Shown: positions 54,848-64,000 of the stretch, one piece after another
Layout: the number at the start of each line of letters is the position of its first letter
Position numbering within the stretch: the stretch's first letter is position 1
Origin: Clostridiales bacterium
GTDB lineage: Bacteria; Bacillota; Clostridia; Christensenellales; CAG-314
Length of the DNA stretch: 64,000 bases
NCBI GenBank assembly: GCA_022508305.1
Contig: JAFLVM010000001.1
Span: 962,341-1,026,340 of the forward strand
Reading direction: 5' to 3'
Position numbers and translations under genes: made by a program
Notes under the pieces: generated by a model
What the model was told of the DNA's origin: nothing
Databases searched by the model: none
What the model saw: the letters and a program-made list of their open reading frames with translations, nothing else

Positions 54848-56416
54848 ATGTCAACTTGTTACGAATTTCTACTAAACGGGGCTAACCGCGAAGGGAATAT
54901 AGTTTTTTACGGTCACAAGCTCCCAATATCTAAGTTTTTGCAGGACGTCGAATGTTTTAGCGGCGCCCTTGCAACTTTTGGGCTGACTAAGGGCGACGTG
55001 GTTACGCTGTATTTGCCCTCTTGTCCTCAGGCGCTTGTTGCATTTTACGCCTGCTCCAAGCTGGGGCTTGTCGCAAACGTCATTCACCCCCTTGTTCCAA
55101 TAAATCTGCTTGCGGAAAATCTCAAAAAGACCAATTCCAAAGCGCTTTTGTTCTACGACGCGACGGTAAAGGACGAACGTCCGCTAAGCAAGCTCAATCA
55201 AAGGCTCGTACGTTGCAGTATTGCCGATTACGTCACGTTTCGTAAGTCCATATTCAAAATTTATTCTCACGCAAGCGGCAAAAGGCTCAAAAACGTCGCC
55301 ACCTACGCTCAACTGCTCAAACGTGGTACTGACGTTGTTACGGAAATTGCGGGCAGGGGAGAAGACGTCGTTTGCTACATGCACAGCGGAGGTACGAGCG
55401 GACAACCCAAAATCGTCAAGCTGACCAACAACGCATTTAACGGTGTTACCGAAGGCATGTTTAAGATGTATCACCCCGAAGTGAAGGCGGAGTACTACAA
55501 CTTGGCAACGCTGCCCGTGTTTCACGCTTACGGACTTTGCTCGGCAATGCACGGTCCCCTTTCGGTGGGTTACAGTCTCATTTTGGTGCCAAAATTCCAA
55601 CCCAAGTCGGTAAAAAGGTATCTAAGCAGGTACAACGTTACCGTGTGGAGCGTAGTTCCCGCTATGCTCAAAAAGATGCTTGCAACACGTACTTTCGACA
55701 GCAAGGGACTGGCGAGTCTTGACGTGATTTGGTGCGGCGGCGACGTTTGTGAAGAAAGCTTAGTGGAGCAAGTGAACGGTATTTTGGCTAAATACTCAAG
55801 TAGAGCTCAGCTTATGCGCGGTTACGGCTTGACGGAAATTTGCGGTGTGTGCATTGTCAACAATTACGACTTCTACTGTAAGGGTAGCTGCGGACAACCA
55901 ATGCCCGGCAACTTTCTTGAAATTTGGGATGAAGAGAACAACGCGCTGCCCGACGGCGAAACTGGCGAAATTGTAGTAAGCGGCAACGGAGTGATGGCGG
56001 GCTACCTCGAGGGCGACGACTGTCTTGTGGAAAAAAACGGCAAGATTTGGGTCAAAACAGGCGACATGGGGTGGAAAAACGAGCAAAATTACCTGCACGT
56101 CGTAGACCGCAAAAAGCGTACGTTGAAGATTGCCGCAGTAAACGTGTTTCCCGCTCAAATCGAGGAGTGCGTCAAGCAGTTGGACTTTGTTTCCGAGGCT
56201 TGCGCGGTTGGCGTCAAAGTAGAAGGCAAGCAGTACGTCAAGGTGTTCGTGACCCTCAATCGGCAGTTGGACGGCGAATACGTAAAGCGAGAGGTTATTG
56301 ACGTCTGTCGGCGAAACCTAATTCGGTACGCCGTTCCCTACTTCGTGGAAGTGTTGGACGAGATGCCACGAACCGACTTTGGCAAAATAGATTTTAAAAA
56401 TTTAGAGCAGCGATAA
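54848..56416 (+). CDS. AMP-dependent synthetase/ligase (fatty acyl-CoA synthetase-like)
   Basis: 522 aa. HSGGTSGQPK, GYGLTE, TGDMGWKNEQNYLHVVDRKKR, C-terminal GKIDF. Confidence 0.85.
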   Translation: MSTCYEFLLNGANREGNIVFYGHKLPISKFLQDVECFSGALATFGLTKGDVVTLYLPSCPQALVAFYACSKLGLVANVIHPLVPINLLAENLKKTNSKALLFYDATVKDERPLSKLNQRLVRCSIADYVTFRKSIFKIYSHASGKRLKNVATYAQLLKRGTDVVTEIAGRGEDVVCYMHSGGTSGQPKIVKLTNNAFNGVTEGMFKMYHPEVKAEYYNLATLPVFHAYGLCSAMHGPLSVGYSLILVPKFQPKSVKRYLSRYNVTVWSVVPAMLKKMLATRTFDSKGLASLDVIWCGGDVCEESLVEQVNGILAKYSSRAQLMRGYGLTEICGVCIVNNYDFYCKGSCGQPMPGNFLEIWDEENNALPDGETGEIVVSGNGVMAGYLEGDDCLVEKNGKIWVKTGDMGWKNEQNYLHVVDRKKRTLKIAAVNVFPAQIEECVKQLDFVSEACAVGVKVEGKQYVKVFVTLNRQLDGEYVKREVIDVCRRNLIRYAVPYFVEVLDEMPRTDFGKIDFKNLEQR

Positions 56417-56519
56417 AATGTCGCTGTTCTTTTTAAGTTGCAATAGTTGAACTGTTGTGCTACAATATACAATGCGTAGATGTGTGCTACGCAAACTTTT
56501 TTGACAAAGAGGTCAATTG

Positions 56520-57881
56520 ATGAGAGTTATTATCGTAGGCTGCGGCAAGGTGGGTAGCGCTATCATCAACAGTATGGTAGAGGACAATCACGACGTCACC
56601 GCAATTGACAACAGCAGTGAGGTCATAAACAACATCACTAACACGTACGACGTAATGGCTGTGTGCGGAAGCGCCACCTCGCGCGAGATGCTGTTGTCCG
56701 CAGGCGTAAACAAGGCGGATTTGTTCATTGCCGTCACCGAATCGGACGAAGTCAACATGTTGGCATGCTTCTTGGCGCGCCGCATGGGAGCAAAGCATAC
56801 CGTGGCCCGTATTCGCGAAACGGAATACAACGAGGACGGACTGGACTATCTAATCAAGGAATTGGATTTGTCAATGGCGTTGAACCCCGAGCGTCTTACC
56901 GCCGAAGTGCTGTTCGACCAACTCAAACTGCCTTCCGCCGTCAACGTGGACAACTTTGCAGGCAAAAAGCTTCAAATGTTGGAGCTTATCATAAAGGACG
57001 GCTCGCCCCTTAACAAAGCAAGCCTTATGGACGTGCGCAAAAAGTGTTCGGTTCAATTCGTTGCCTGCGCTGTTCAGCGTGAGGACGAAGTGCACATTCC
57101 TACCGGTACATTTGTGCTTGAAGAGGGCGACAGAGTTGCTTTCATGGTAAAGCGCGCCGACACGCACAAGTTCTTGAAAAACATCGACGCGGTGCAAAAG
57201 CAAGGCAGAGACGTTATGGTGTTGGGCGGAAGCACGACCTCCTACTACTTGGCGAAAATACTTGCGGCTAACGGCTTCTACGTTAAAATTATCGAACGCG
57301 ACGGGGAGCGATGCGCAGAGCTTGCCGACATCTTGCCAAACGGCGTTTCCTTGATACAGGGCGACGGAATGAACCACGATTTGCTGTGGGAAGAGGGTAT
57401 CAAATCGACCGACGCGTTCGTTGCGCTTACAGGTACCGACGAAGAGAACATTCTTATTTCCTTCTACGCGTCAAGTCAACAGGTTCCTAAGGTTATCGCC
57501 AAGGTCAATCAAGCGGCTCTTGCCGATCTTGCGGAAAATTTGGGCTTGGACAGCGTAATCTCACCTCGCAAATTGGTTGCTGACGTGTTGCAGCGTTACG
57601 CAAGAGCACTGAACGACACCCTAAGCAGCAAGGTGGAAACGATGTACAGTCTTATGGACGACAGGGCGGAGGCGTTGGAGTTTGCTGTTCTTTCCGACTG
57701 CAAGCTTATCGGCAAACCGCTGAAAGAGTTGCGCTTGAAGCCCAACACAATAATTGCAGGTATCATTCGCGGCAAGGAAACGATTATTCCGTCGGGTGAC
57801 GACGTGATTACAGAGGGTGACCGCGTAATTGTTGTCGCAACGGACGCGCACCTGTACGACCTGTCGGAGATTTTAAGGTAA
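56520..57881 (+). CDS. trkA: K+ uptake protein TrkA (two RCK/NAD-binding modules)
   Basis: MRVIIVGCGKVG and a second VLGGSTTSY module. About 453 aa. Confidence 0.9.
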   Translation: MRVIIVGCGKVGSAIINSMVEDNHDVTAIDNSSEVINNITNTYDVMAVCGSATSREMLLSAGVNKADLFIAVTESDEVNMLACFLARRMGAKHTVARIRETEYNEDGLDYLIKELDLSMALNPERLTAEVLFDQLKLPSAVNVDNFAGKKLQMLELIIKDGSPLNKASLMDVRKKCSVQFVACAVQREDEVHIPTGTFVLEEGDRVAFMVKRADTHKFLKNIDAVQKQGRDVMVLGGSTTSYYLAKILAANGFYVKIIERDGERCAELADILPNGVSLIQGDGMNHDLLWEEGIKSTDAFVALTGTDEENILISFYASSQQVPKVIAKVNQAALADLAENLGLDSVISPRKLVADVLQRYARALNDTLSSKVETMYSLMDDRAEALEFAVLSDCKLIGKPLKELRLKPNTIIAGIIRGKETIIPSGDDVITEGDRVIVVATDAHLYDLSEILR

Positions 57882-57887
57882 CGACGT

Positions 57888-59408
57888 ATGAATTACAGAA
57901 TGATTTTCAACACAATCGGCAAGGTAGCAATAGTTCTTGCTATTTTGCTTGTAATACCTGCGGTGTTGGCGCTTTGCTTGGGCGAATCAAGCTGGTGGGC
58001 AATTGCAATTACCGTCGGAATATCGCTTGTCATAGGCTTGGTGCTGTGGTTGTGCGTCAAGCCGAAAAACAAGGTTATTTTTTCCAAGGAAGGTTTGGTA
58101 ATCGTATCTCTTGCTTGGATTTACGTTTCGGCAATAGGCGCTCTGCCGTTTGTTATCAGCCGCGAAATACCCAGCTACATCGACGCATTTTTCGAAATGT
58201 GCAGCGGATTTTCCACTACGGGCGCAACGATACTGACGGGCGATCAAATAAATGCAATGTACGAAACAAGCAAAGGTCTGCTGTTTTGGCGTAGCTTCAC
58301 CCACTGGATTGGCGGTATGGGCGTTGTCGTTTTCTTGATGGCGTTTGAAACAGGCTCGTCGGATCGCGGTATGCACATGCTTCGCGCAGAAATGCCCGGT
58401 CCTATCGTAGATAAAATCGTTCCGCGCGCAAGAAACACTGCAAAAATACTGTATTTGCTGTACATAGGCTTCACGGTGGCAGAGATTGTCGCGCTTATAA
58501 TTGCCGGCGCTTGTTCCAATATGCCCATTGGCGAAAACATATTCGACAGCATAGTTCACTCTTTCGGTACGGCAGGCACAGGCGGTTTCGGCGTACGGGC
58601 GGACAGTATTGCGGGCTACTCGGCGGCGCACCAGTGGATTATTTCCGTGTTCATGATACTGTTCGGTATCAACTTCAACCTGTACTATCTGATTTTACTG
58701 CGCAAATTCCGTTCGGCGTTCGGTTCGCGCGAACTGTGGATTTTCGGCGGAGTGATAGTTGTGGCTTCAACTGCGGTCGCAATAAATTTGGGATTGTCTA
58801 ACCTTCCCTTTACACAAAACGCCCACGATGCAACGCGTCACGCAATATTCCAAGTGGCGTCGTTTATAAGCACGACGGGCTATAGCACAATACCCAGTTA
58901 TTCCAGTATCAACGAATTCCCGCTACTTAGCAAGGGCATACTGTTCCTGCTGATGTTTATCGGCGGCTGCGCAGGCTCGACGGGCGGCGGACTCAAGGTG
59001 TCGCGCGTGGCGATATTGGGTTGCGCGGTACGTAGAGAGCTACGTCGCGTTCTTCACCCGAGAAACGCCAACGCAGTCAAGTTCGAGGGCAAAAACCTAA
59101 CCGACGAAACGTTGCACGGCGTAACCAGCTACTTTGGACTGTACATGCTGATAATCGCGGCAGTATTCGTGGTATTGAGCTTTGACAAGGGTAGTGCAGA
59201 TTTTCCGTTGTCAGTTGAGGCAAATATAACGGCAGCGGTGTCCTGTATGAACAACATCGGTCCCGCCTACGGAGCTCCCGCAAGCGGTTACTTTATGTAC
59301 AACTGGGCGTCTAAGCTTGTAATGTCCTTTGCAATGCTCATCGGACGTCTGGAAATCTACCCCATATTGCTGACTCTTTCCCCCACAACCTGGATTAAAA
59401 ACAGATAA
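57888..59408 (+). CDS. trkH: K+ uptake transporter TrkH
   Basis: 506 aa, polytopic. Selectivity-type loops SGFSTTGAT, FGTAGTGGF, STTGYS, CAGSTGGGLK. Confidence 0.9.
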   Translation: MNYRMIFNTIGKVAIVLAILLVIPAVLALCLGESSWWAIAITVGISLVIGLVLWLCVKPKNKVIFSKEGLVIVSLAWIYVSAIGALPFVISREIPSYIDAFFEMCSGFSTTGATILTGDQINAMYETSKGLLFWRSFTHWIGGMGVVVFLMAFETGSSDRGMHMLRAEMPGPIVDKIVPRARNTAKILYLLYIGFTVAEIVALIIAGACSNMPIGENIFDSIVHSFGTAGTGGFGVRADSIAGYSAAHQWIISVFMILFGINFNLYYLILLRKFRSAFGSRELWIFGGVIVVASTAVAINLGLSNLPFTQNAHDATRHAIFQVASFISTTGYSTIPSYSSINEFPLLSKGILFLLMFIGGCAGSTGGGLKVSRVAILGCAVRRELRRVLHPRNANAVKFEGKNLTDETLHGVTSYFGLYMLIIAAVFVVLSFDKGSADFPLSVEANITAAVSCMNNIGPAYGAPASGYFMYNWASKLVMSFAMLIGRLEIYPILLTLSPTTWIKNR

Positions 59409-59462
59409 AATCATTGCAAAATAAGGAAAAAAAACGAATATATCGCAAAACATGAACAAAAC

Positions 59463-59497
59463 AGACCGAGTGAGGAAAAGCTCGGTTTGTTTTTTTG
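59463..59497 (+). terminator. Rho-independent terminator
   Basis: Stem accgag/ctcggt with a long T-run. Confidence 0.75.
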
Positions 59498-59588
59498 TAT
59501 AGACGCGACTGTTTGTTTTTCGATAAATATTTTACAATTTTCAACGGCTGTGATATATATTTACTATTGATAAATTGTGAGTAAACAA

Positions 59589-59617
59589 TTGACTAAATCC
59601 GTTTATGATACTAAAAT
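59589..59617 (+). promoter_or_regulatory. Promoter (TTGACT-17-TAAAAT) overlapped by palindrome AATTGT-N6-ACAATT
   Basis: Hexamers at 59589-59594 and 59612-59617. The palindrome at 59573-59590 overlaps the -35. Confidence 0.5.
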
Positions 59618-59649
59618 AATAACCAAATCTCAACAAATGGGGTGGAAAT

Positions 59650-62016
59650 ATGAAAAAACTTGCAATAATTATTTTATCAATAGTGATGATCGTTGCATGT
59701 GTAGCCGTAGTCGCCTGCGAAACGGAATGTACCGATCACCAATGGGGCGAGTGGGAAGGTGAAGCTACCTGTATCACCGGAGGGGAACTAACCCGCACTT
59801 GCTCAGTCTGTCACAAGCAGGAAACGCGTACAGTCGAAGTGGGAGAGCACAAAATTCTTGCCGAAGACGGCAGTGACGTATTTTGCGCGGACGTGGATTT
59901 CTCCGTCGGAGCCGAATGCTCTCTTTGCGGAGAGTTGCTCGTAGGCGAAGACTTGGTCGGCGTCATTGCACATATCTCTCCTTGGCCAATCAAAGCGGTT
60001 GCCGCCACCTGTACCGAAACGGGACTTACCGCCGGCACTAAGTGCCTTAAGTGTGGCAACGTCTTGGTAGCGCAAGAAGAGGTAAGCGCTCTTGGTCACA
60101 ACGTTGTTGCCGCGCCTGCAACCGTTGCAAGTTGCACGGAAAATGCCTATTCGGCAGGTACGGTTTGTTCCCGTTGCGGTGAGTATTTCAGCGGTCATGA
60201 ACTGCTTGAAGAGGCTTGGGGACACGATTTCAATCACGGTAACTATTTCACGTACGTTGAATGCGCCCGCAATTGCGGAGCGTACGGCGTGTTGACGTGC
60301 AAAAACACTTACGAAACGGAATTTGTATATGATTTTGACGCGACAAAGAAGGAAGAAATCGACATTATCTACAATGATATAAAAGCTGCTCTTAGTGGCG
60401 CAAGCAGTGTAGACAATGAAAGTTTCTTTGCTTTGTTTGAACAATACGACGACGCGGTGGGTTATCTTCAAGCGCAATATCAATTCGGGCAGATACTCAA
60501 CGATATAGAGTACAGTAAAGAAACGAGAGCGCAATACGCTGAAATCAGTGAGTACTACAACACGACGGTTGCAAGATACTACACGCTATTCAAAGAAATC
60601 AACGAATCCCGTTACAGTGAGGCGTTCTGGGCTTGGGCTGAGTTTACCGAGGAGGACATTGCATACGTTTTGGACTTGGCTAACAGCTACGACCCCGACA
60701 ACAGAAATGCCGCCGACGAGATTGAGCAGGCCTACGAAGAGCTGTTCATCGACAAACTCAAGGGTAGCTTGTCCAAGGCGACCGAGGCTCAACTGGCGGA
60801 GCTGTTCAGCTTGTACAGTCAGCTTGTAGAAGCCAACAACAACATCGCTACGACGGCAGGTTACAACAACTACATGGAGTACGCGTACGCTGAAATTTAC
60901 GAAAGAGACTACGGCCCTGACGACGTTGCGGAAATGCGCGCGCTTGTCAGAGACAATATCGGTCCCGTACTTGAAAAGGTGTCGAACGCTTACGACCAAT
61001 GGATTGCCAATTACAAAAGCAATGGTTGGTCTAACACGACAAATCAGTTGTTCTATTCGCAATTTGTCAACGGAGCTTTTTGGGCAAATCCCAACAAAAA
61101 TTTGGATAACCCCGAAGGTTTGAGCATGATACTTAACAGCAGAGAGAGCGTTTCGGATTACTTCCAATTCCTCAGCGAGGGAGGGGAAACGGTCAATTTC
61201 TACGGCGAATTGCAATCGCTGTTTGAAAACGGCAACTACTTCTTGGGCGCTAACCCCAACAGAACGGCGTACACTTGGTACGTTTACTCTTTGAAGTTAC
61301 CGATACTTCTGTTTACCGACGATTACAGAGACGCCTTCACCTTTATTCATGAATTCGGTCACTACTTCCAGTTGGCGTACAACGGACGTTTGAGCGTTCC
61401 CATGGATCACGACGAAACACAATCTCAAGGCAATGAATTGCTGTTCCTTGCTTGGCTAAAGGAGAATATGCCCAAGGGTATTAGCGACGGCTTCGAAATA
61501 CTGGAAACCGAAACTCTTCTCAACATGCTCGGTTCTATCATCATGGGTACGGCGGTGGACGAGCTTGAATATCTTGCCTACACCGGAGCAACGGAATTCA
61601 ACGGCAAACCGTTGCCGACGGTCACTCTTGCCGACGATACTAAGGTCGTAGACTACGCCACGTTGTTTACGTCCATTATGGAGTCCTATTGGGAGGGAAT
61701 CACCGAACTGTTTTCTACCGAATACTGGGCGCACGTGGTATTTGACAGCTCCGCTTACTACATTTCCTACGCAATGAGCGCTTTGCCTTGCATTGAACTG
61801 TACGCAAAAGCGGGCAATGAAGGACTTGCCGCTGCCCGTGAAAGTTATCTCAGACTCTTCACCTTCTCTTCAAACGACGAGTTGGTAGCAGAAGATAGCG
61901 ACGGCGACTTGTACGTAACGGCAACCTATCAAGAAATTCTCAACTGGGCAAATCTAAGCGGTCCGTTTGAGGCGTCGCTGTACTCGACAATCACCAACTA
62001 CTTTGCAAGCAGATAA
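59650..62016 (+). CDS. Secreted lipoprotein: Cys-rich repeat region + HExxH zinc metallopeptidase-like domain (M3/oligoendopeptidase-F-like)
   Basis: Lipobox VVAC. About four repeats of the C..(T)G....C..CG pattern. FIHEFGHYFQ zinc motif. Confidence 0.65.
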   Translation: MKKLAIIILSIVMIVACVAVVACETECTDHQWGEWEGEATCITGGELTRTCSVCHKQETRTVEVGEHKILAEDGSDVFCADVDFSVGAECSLCGELLVGEDLVGVIAHISPWPIKAVAATCTETGLTAGTKCLKCGNVLVAQEEVSALGHNVVAAPATVASCTENAYSAGTVCSRCGEYFSGHELLEEAWGHDFNHGNYFTYVECARNCGAYGVLTCKNTYETEFVYDFDATKKEEIDIIYNDIKAALSGASSVDNESFFALFEQYDDAVGYLQAQYQFGQILNDIEYSKETRAQYAEISEYYNTTVARYYTLFKEINESRYSEAFWAWAEFTEEDIAYVLDLANSYDPDNRNAADEIEQAYEELFIDKLKGSLSKATEAQLAELFSLYSQLVEANNNIATTAGYNNYMEYAYAEIYERDYGPDDVAEMRALVRDNIGPVLEKVSNAYDQWIANYKSNGWSNTTNQLFYSQFVNGAFWANPNKNLDNPEGLSMILNSRESVSDYFQFLSEGGETVNFYGELQSLFENGNYFLGANPNRTAYTWYVYSLKLPILLFTDDYRDAFTFIHEFGHYFQLAYNGRLSVPMDHDETQSQGNELLFLAWLKENMPKGISDGFEILETETLLNMLGSIIMGTAVDELEYLAYTGATEFNGKPLPTVTLADDTKVVDYATLFTSIMESYWEGITELFSTEYWAHVVFDSSAYYISYAMSALPCIELYAKAGNEGLAAARESYLRLFTFSSNDELVAEDSDGDLYVTATYQEILNWANLSGPFEASLYSTITNYFASR

Positions 62017-62259
62017 CAAAGAAAACTGCGAATAAAATTCAAAAATTGGCTATTGCATTTGGCGATAGCCAATTTTTTGTTGCAGTGTCGTGCAGTATTT
62101 GGGCGCAAATGGCGTAGTTGCTTTCGCAAAATAGTCAGTACTCGGTGTTTTACGGGAAAAATGAGTAATAGCGAACAAATGTTAAATTTGTTTATTATAA
62201 TATTATTGACTAATTTAGCCGTCGGGTTTACAATTGTGTCTGTAAAACAGGAGGTTTTT

Positions 62260-64000
62260 ATGAAAAAATTTACTGCGATTTTAGTAGCGGTAGTGCTTGC
62301 ATTAACCTGCTTACTTGCCGTTGGCTGTAACATAACGGTAAAGGTGTACATGCACGATTACGACGGTCACAGCACGCAAATTCAAGTCTACGACGGCAGT
62401 CCGTTGCCAACGCCACCCGCGCGCGAAGGCTACACCTTTGGAGGTTGGTACACCGACTCCGCCTGCACCAAGGCTTTTGTGGACGGTACCGATATGGACG
62501 CCAGCTTCCACGTATATGCCAAGTGGACGCCTGTTGAAAATCAAGGCGGTGGCGGTCAAGGCGCTACGAAGGCAATGGTTATTTTTAACTACAACTATGA
62601 GGGTGCAACAACCACAACCAAGCAGGTAGACAAGGGTTCAACCGTGGATTTGCCCTCTGCATCACGCGAAGGTTACGTATTTGACGGTTGGTGGACTTTG
62701 CCCACGGGCGGTACGCAGTGGAAATCCACCGATAAGGTAAACGTTGACATTCTCACACTTTACGCTCACTGGACGGAAGAGTCTAAAGCGTGCATTCACG
62801 ACTTTGGCAACAGCTACTTTATGTTCGTCGCTTGCAAAAACGGCTGCGGAGTTTACGGTCGCGCGGAAAGCAACGGCAGCTTCTTGAGCGAGGAATTCGT
62901 TTACGACTTCAATTCAAGCGTCAAGACGGAAATAGACCAACTGAACAATCAGCTGAAAAGCGCAATCAGCAGTGAAAACGCCAACAGTATTATTGAATTG
63001 TTCACAAAGCTTGACGAGAAAGTTGCGTACGTTCAAGGTCAGTACTACATTCAAAGCACTTGGGCGGACGTGTACTACTACGACGATGACGTATACGCCG
63101 AGTACAACACGATATCCGACTATTACAACACTGTTATCGGTTATTACTACGACGCATTAGAGCGCATAAACAAGTTGGATTGCGCAGATACGGTTTGGGC
63201 TGCATTAGATTGGAGCAAAGAGGAAGTAGAGGAGTTTCTTGCTTCCGACAGCCTCGTTAGCGCCGAAAATCAAACCGCTTTGAACAACGTAATGACGCAA
63301 TACTCCGAACTCAGCAATGAAATCTACGAGTTGGAGTACTACAAGGACTACGTTGAGTATTATGAAGAAAACGGTTACGACACTTCCGAAATATTCGCAT
63401 TGTTGAATTACTACTACGGTATAGACTCCGCTGACAAGTTGAATTCAACCTTGAACGACGACTACGGTTTGCTCAATTTGTTGTTTGACGATTTCGTCAA
63501 TGTAAACAACGCAATTGCCAAGGATGCAGGCGACTACGAAAATTACACTTACTACTCCTACGCAAACGACTACAACCGCAATTACGCTCCTTCCGCAGTT
63601 GTGGAAATGCGCAACTACGTCAAGACGTACATAGGTGACATTTTCGCCAAGTTTGCAAACGAATTTGACAGTTTGTATTCGCAAAGTTCCAGCACGCAAG
63701 CGGACGCCGACTTCTGGAACTGCTTGGAATACTACCCCATGTTTATGGTAACGCTTCAAGAGTACTATGAGATGTGGAGCGATTACTACAGTTCCGCCGA
63801 GGAAGCCCGCGAGGACTGGGAAGATGAATATTCCGAAGATGCGGTACGCCAAAGCGCCGATTTGATAGGTAACTACTTCAAGTGGCTTGACAATACAAAC
63901 GACGGCGGCAAAATCAACTTCTTCGACGCTGTAAACGACGTGTACGCAAACGGCAACTATTTCTCAGGTGATTACCAAGGCGCGTACACGATGTGGATTC
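62260..64000 (+). CDS. Paralogous lipoprotein (5' partial at window end): two Listeria-Bacteroides (Flg_new) repeats + the same peptidase-like body
   Basis: Not in the ORF track because it has no stop in the window. ATG at 62260 after AGGAGG. MKKFTAILVAVVLALTCLLAVGC lipobox. EGYTFGGWYTD...VYAKW and EGYVFDGWWT...LYAHW repeats. Downstream it aligns with the 59650 protein (FVYDFNSS.., NGNYFSGDYQGAYTMWI). Confidence 0.75.
   Translation, partial: MKKFTAILVAVVLALTCLLAVGCNITVKVYMHDYDGHSTQIQVYDGSPLPTPPAREGYTFGGWYTDSACTKAFVDGTDMDASFHVYAKWTPVENQGGGGQGATKAMVIFNYNYEGATTTTKQVDKGSTVDLPSASREGYVFDGWWTLPTGGTQWKSTDKVNVDILTLYAHWTEESKACIHDFGNSYFMFVACKNGCGVYGRAESNGSFLSEEFVYDFNSSVKTEIDQLNNQLKSAISSENANSIIELFTKLDEKVAYVQGQYYIQSTWADVYYYDDDVYAEYNTISDYYNTVIGYYYDALERINKLDCADTVWAALDWSKEEVEEFLASDSLVSAENQTALNNVMTQYSELSNEIYELEYYKDYVEYYEENGYDTSEIFALLNYYYGIDSADKLNSTLNDDYGLLNLLFDDFVNVNNAIAKDAGDYENYTYYSYANDYNRNYAPSAVVEMRNYVKTYIGDIFAKFANEFDSLYSQSSSTQADADFWNCLEYYPMFMVTLQEYYEMWSDYYSSAEEAREDWEDEYSEDAVRQSADLIGNYFKWLDNTNDGGKINFFDAVNDVYANGNYFSGDYQGAYTMWI

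Overview
This is a 64-kb chromosomal window from a Firmicutes/Clostridia-like bacterium. Supporting signs are TTGACA-17-TATAAT type promoters, GGAGG ribosome-binding sites, a Spo0A C-terminal-domain protein, DegV/FakA and TrkAH. I call about 55 protein genes, 4 tRNAs (initiator Met, Ser-CGA, Ser-GGA, Arg-ACG), a probable Mn2+ (yybP-ykoY) riboswitch, tandem NrdR boxes and one promoter-plus-terminator sRNA candidate. I saw no rRNA, CRISPR array, transposase or integrase. Housekeeping content includes leuS, cysK, trpS, nrdD, trxB, trkAH, an RluA-type pseudouridine synthase, a GH5 glycosidase and an ABC/FtsX exporter. The strongest lead for an undescribed system is a two-gene operon at 16719-21387 on the minus strand. 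It encodes a 1078-aa zinc-ribbon / NACHT-like STAND NTPase with a TPR array, followed 10 nt later by a 473-aa protein with CorA-like topology (soluble N-domain plus two C-terminal TM helices). The pair sits between convergent housekeeping genes and is bracketed by two near-identical copies of one terminator hairpin. That looks like an inserted defence or abortive-infection cassette. Other leads: (1) a tightly coupled operon at 365-7930 encoding two acyl-activating enzymes with carrier domains, an MFSD2/GPH-like MFS transporter, two PlsC acyltransferases and an LRAT/PLAAT-like enzyme, with partial paralogous modules at 21.5-23.7 kb and 50.9-56.4 kb and FakB/FakA at 24.1-26.7 kb; (2) NrdD with a C-terminal CxxC redoxin domain followed by trxB and no nrdG; (3) hypB and hypA flanking a 953-aa Fe-S flavoprotein with junctions of 1 nt or less and no hydrogenase genes in view; (4) a stand-alone Spo0A_C protein with 0A-box-like motifs upstream. 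All functional calls come from motifs read by eye in the supplied translations. No database search was run.
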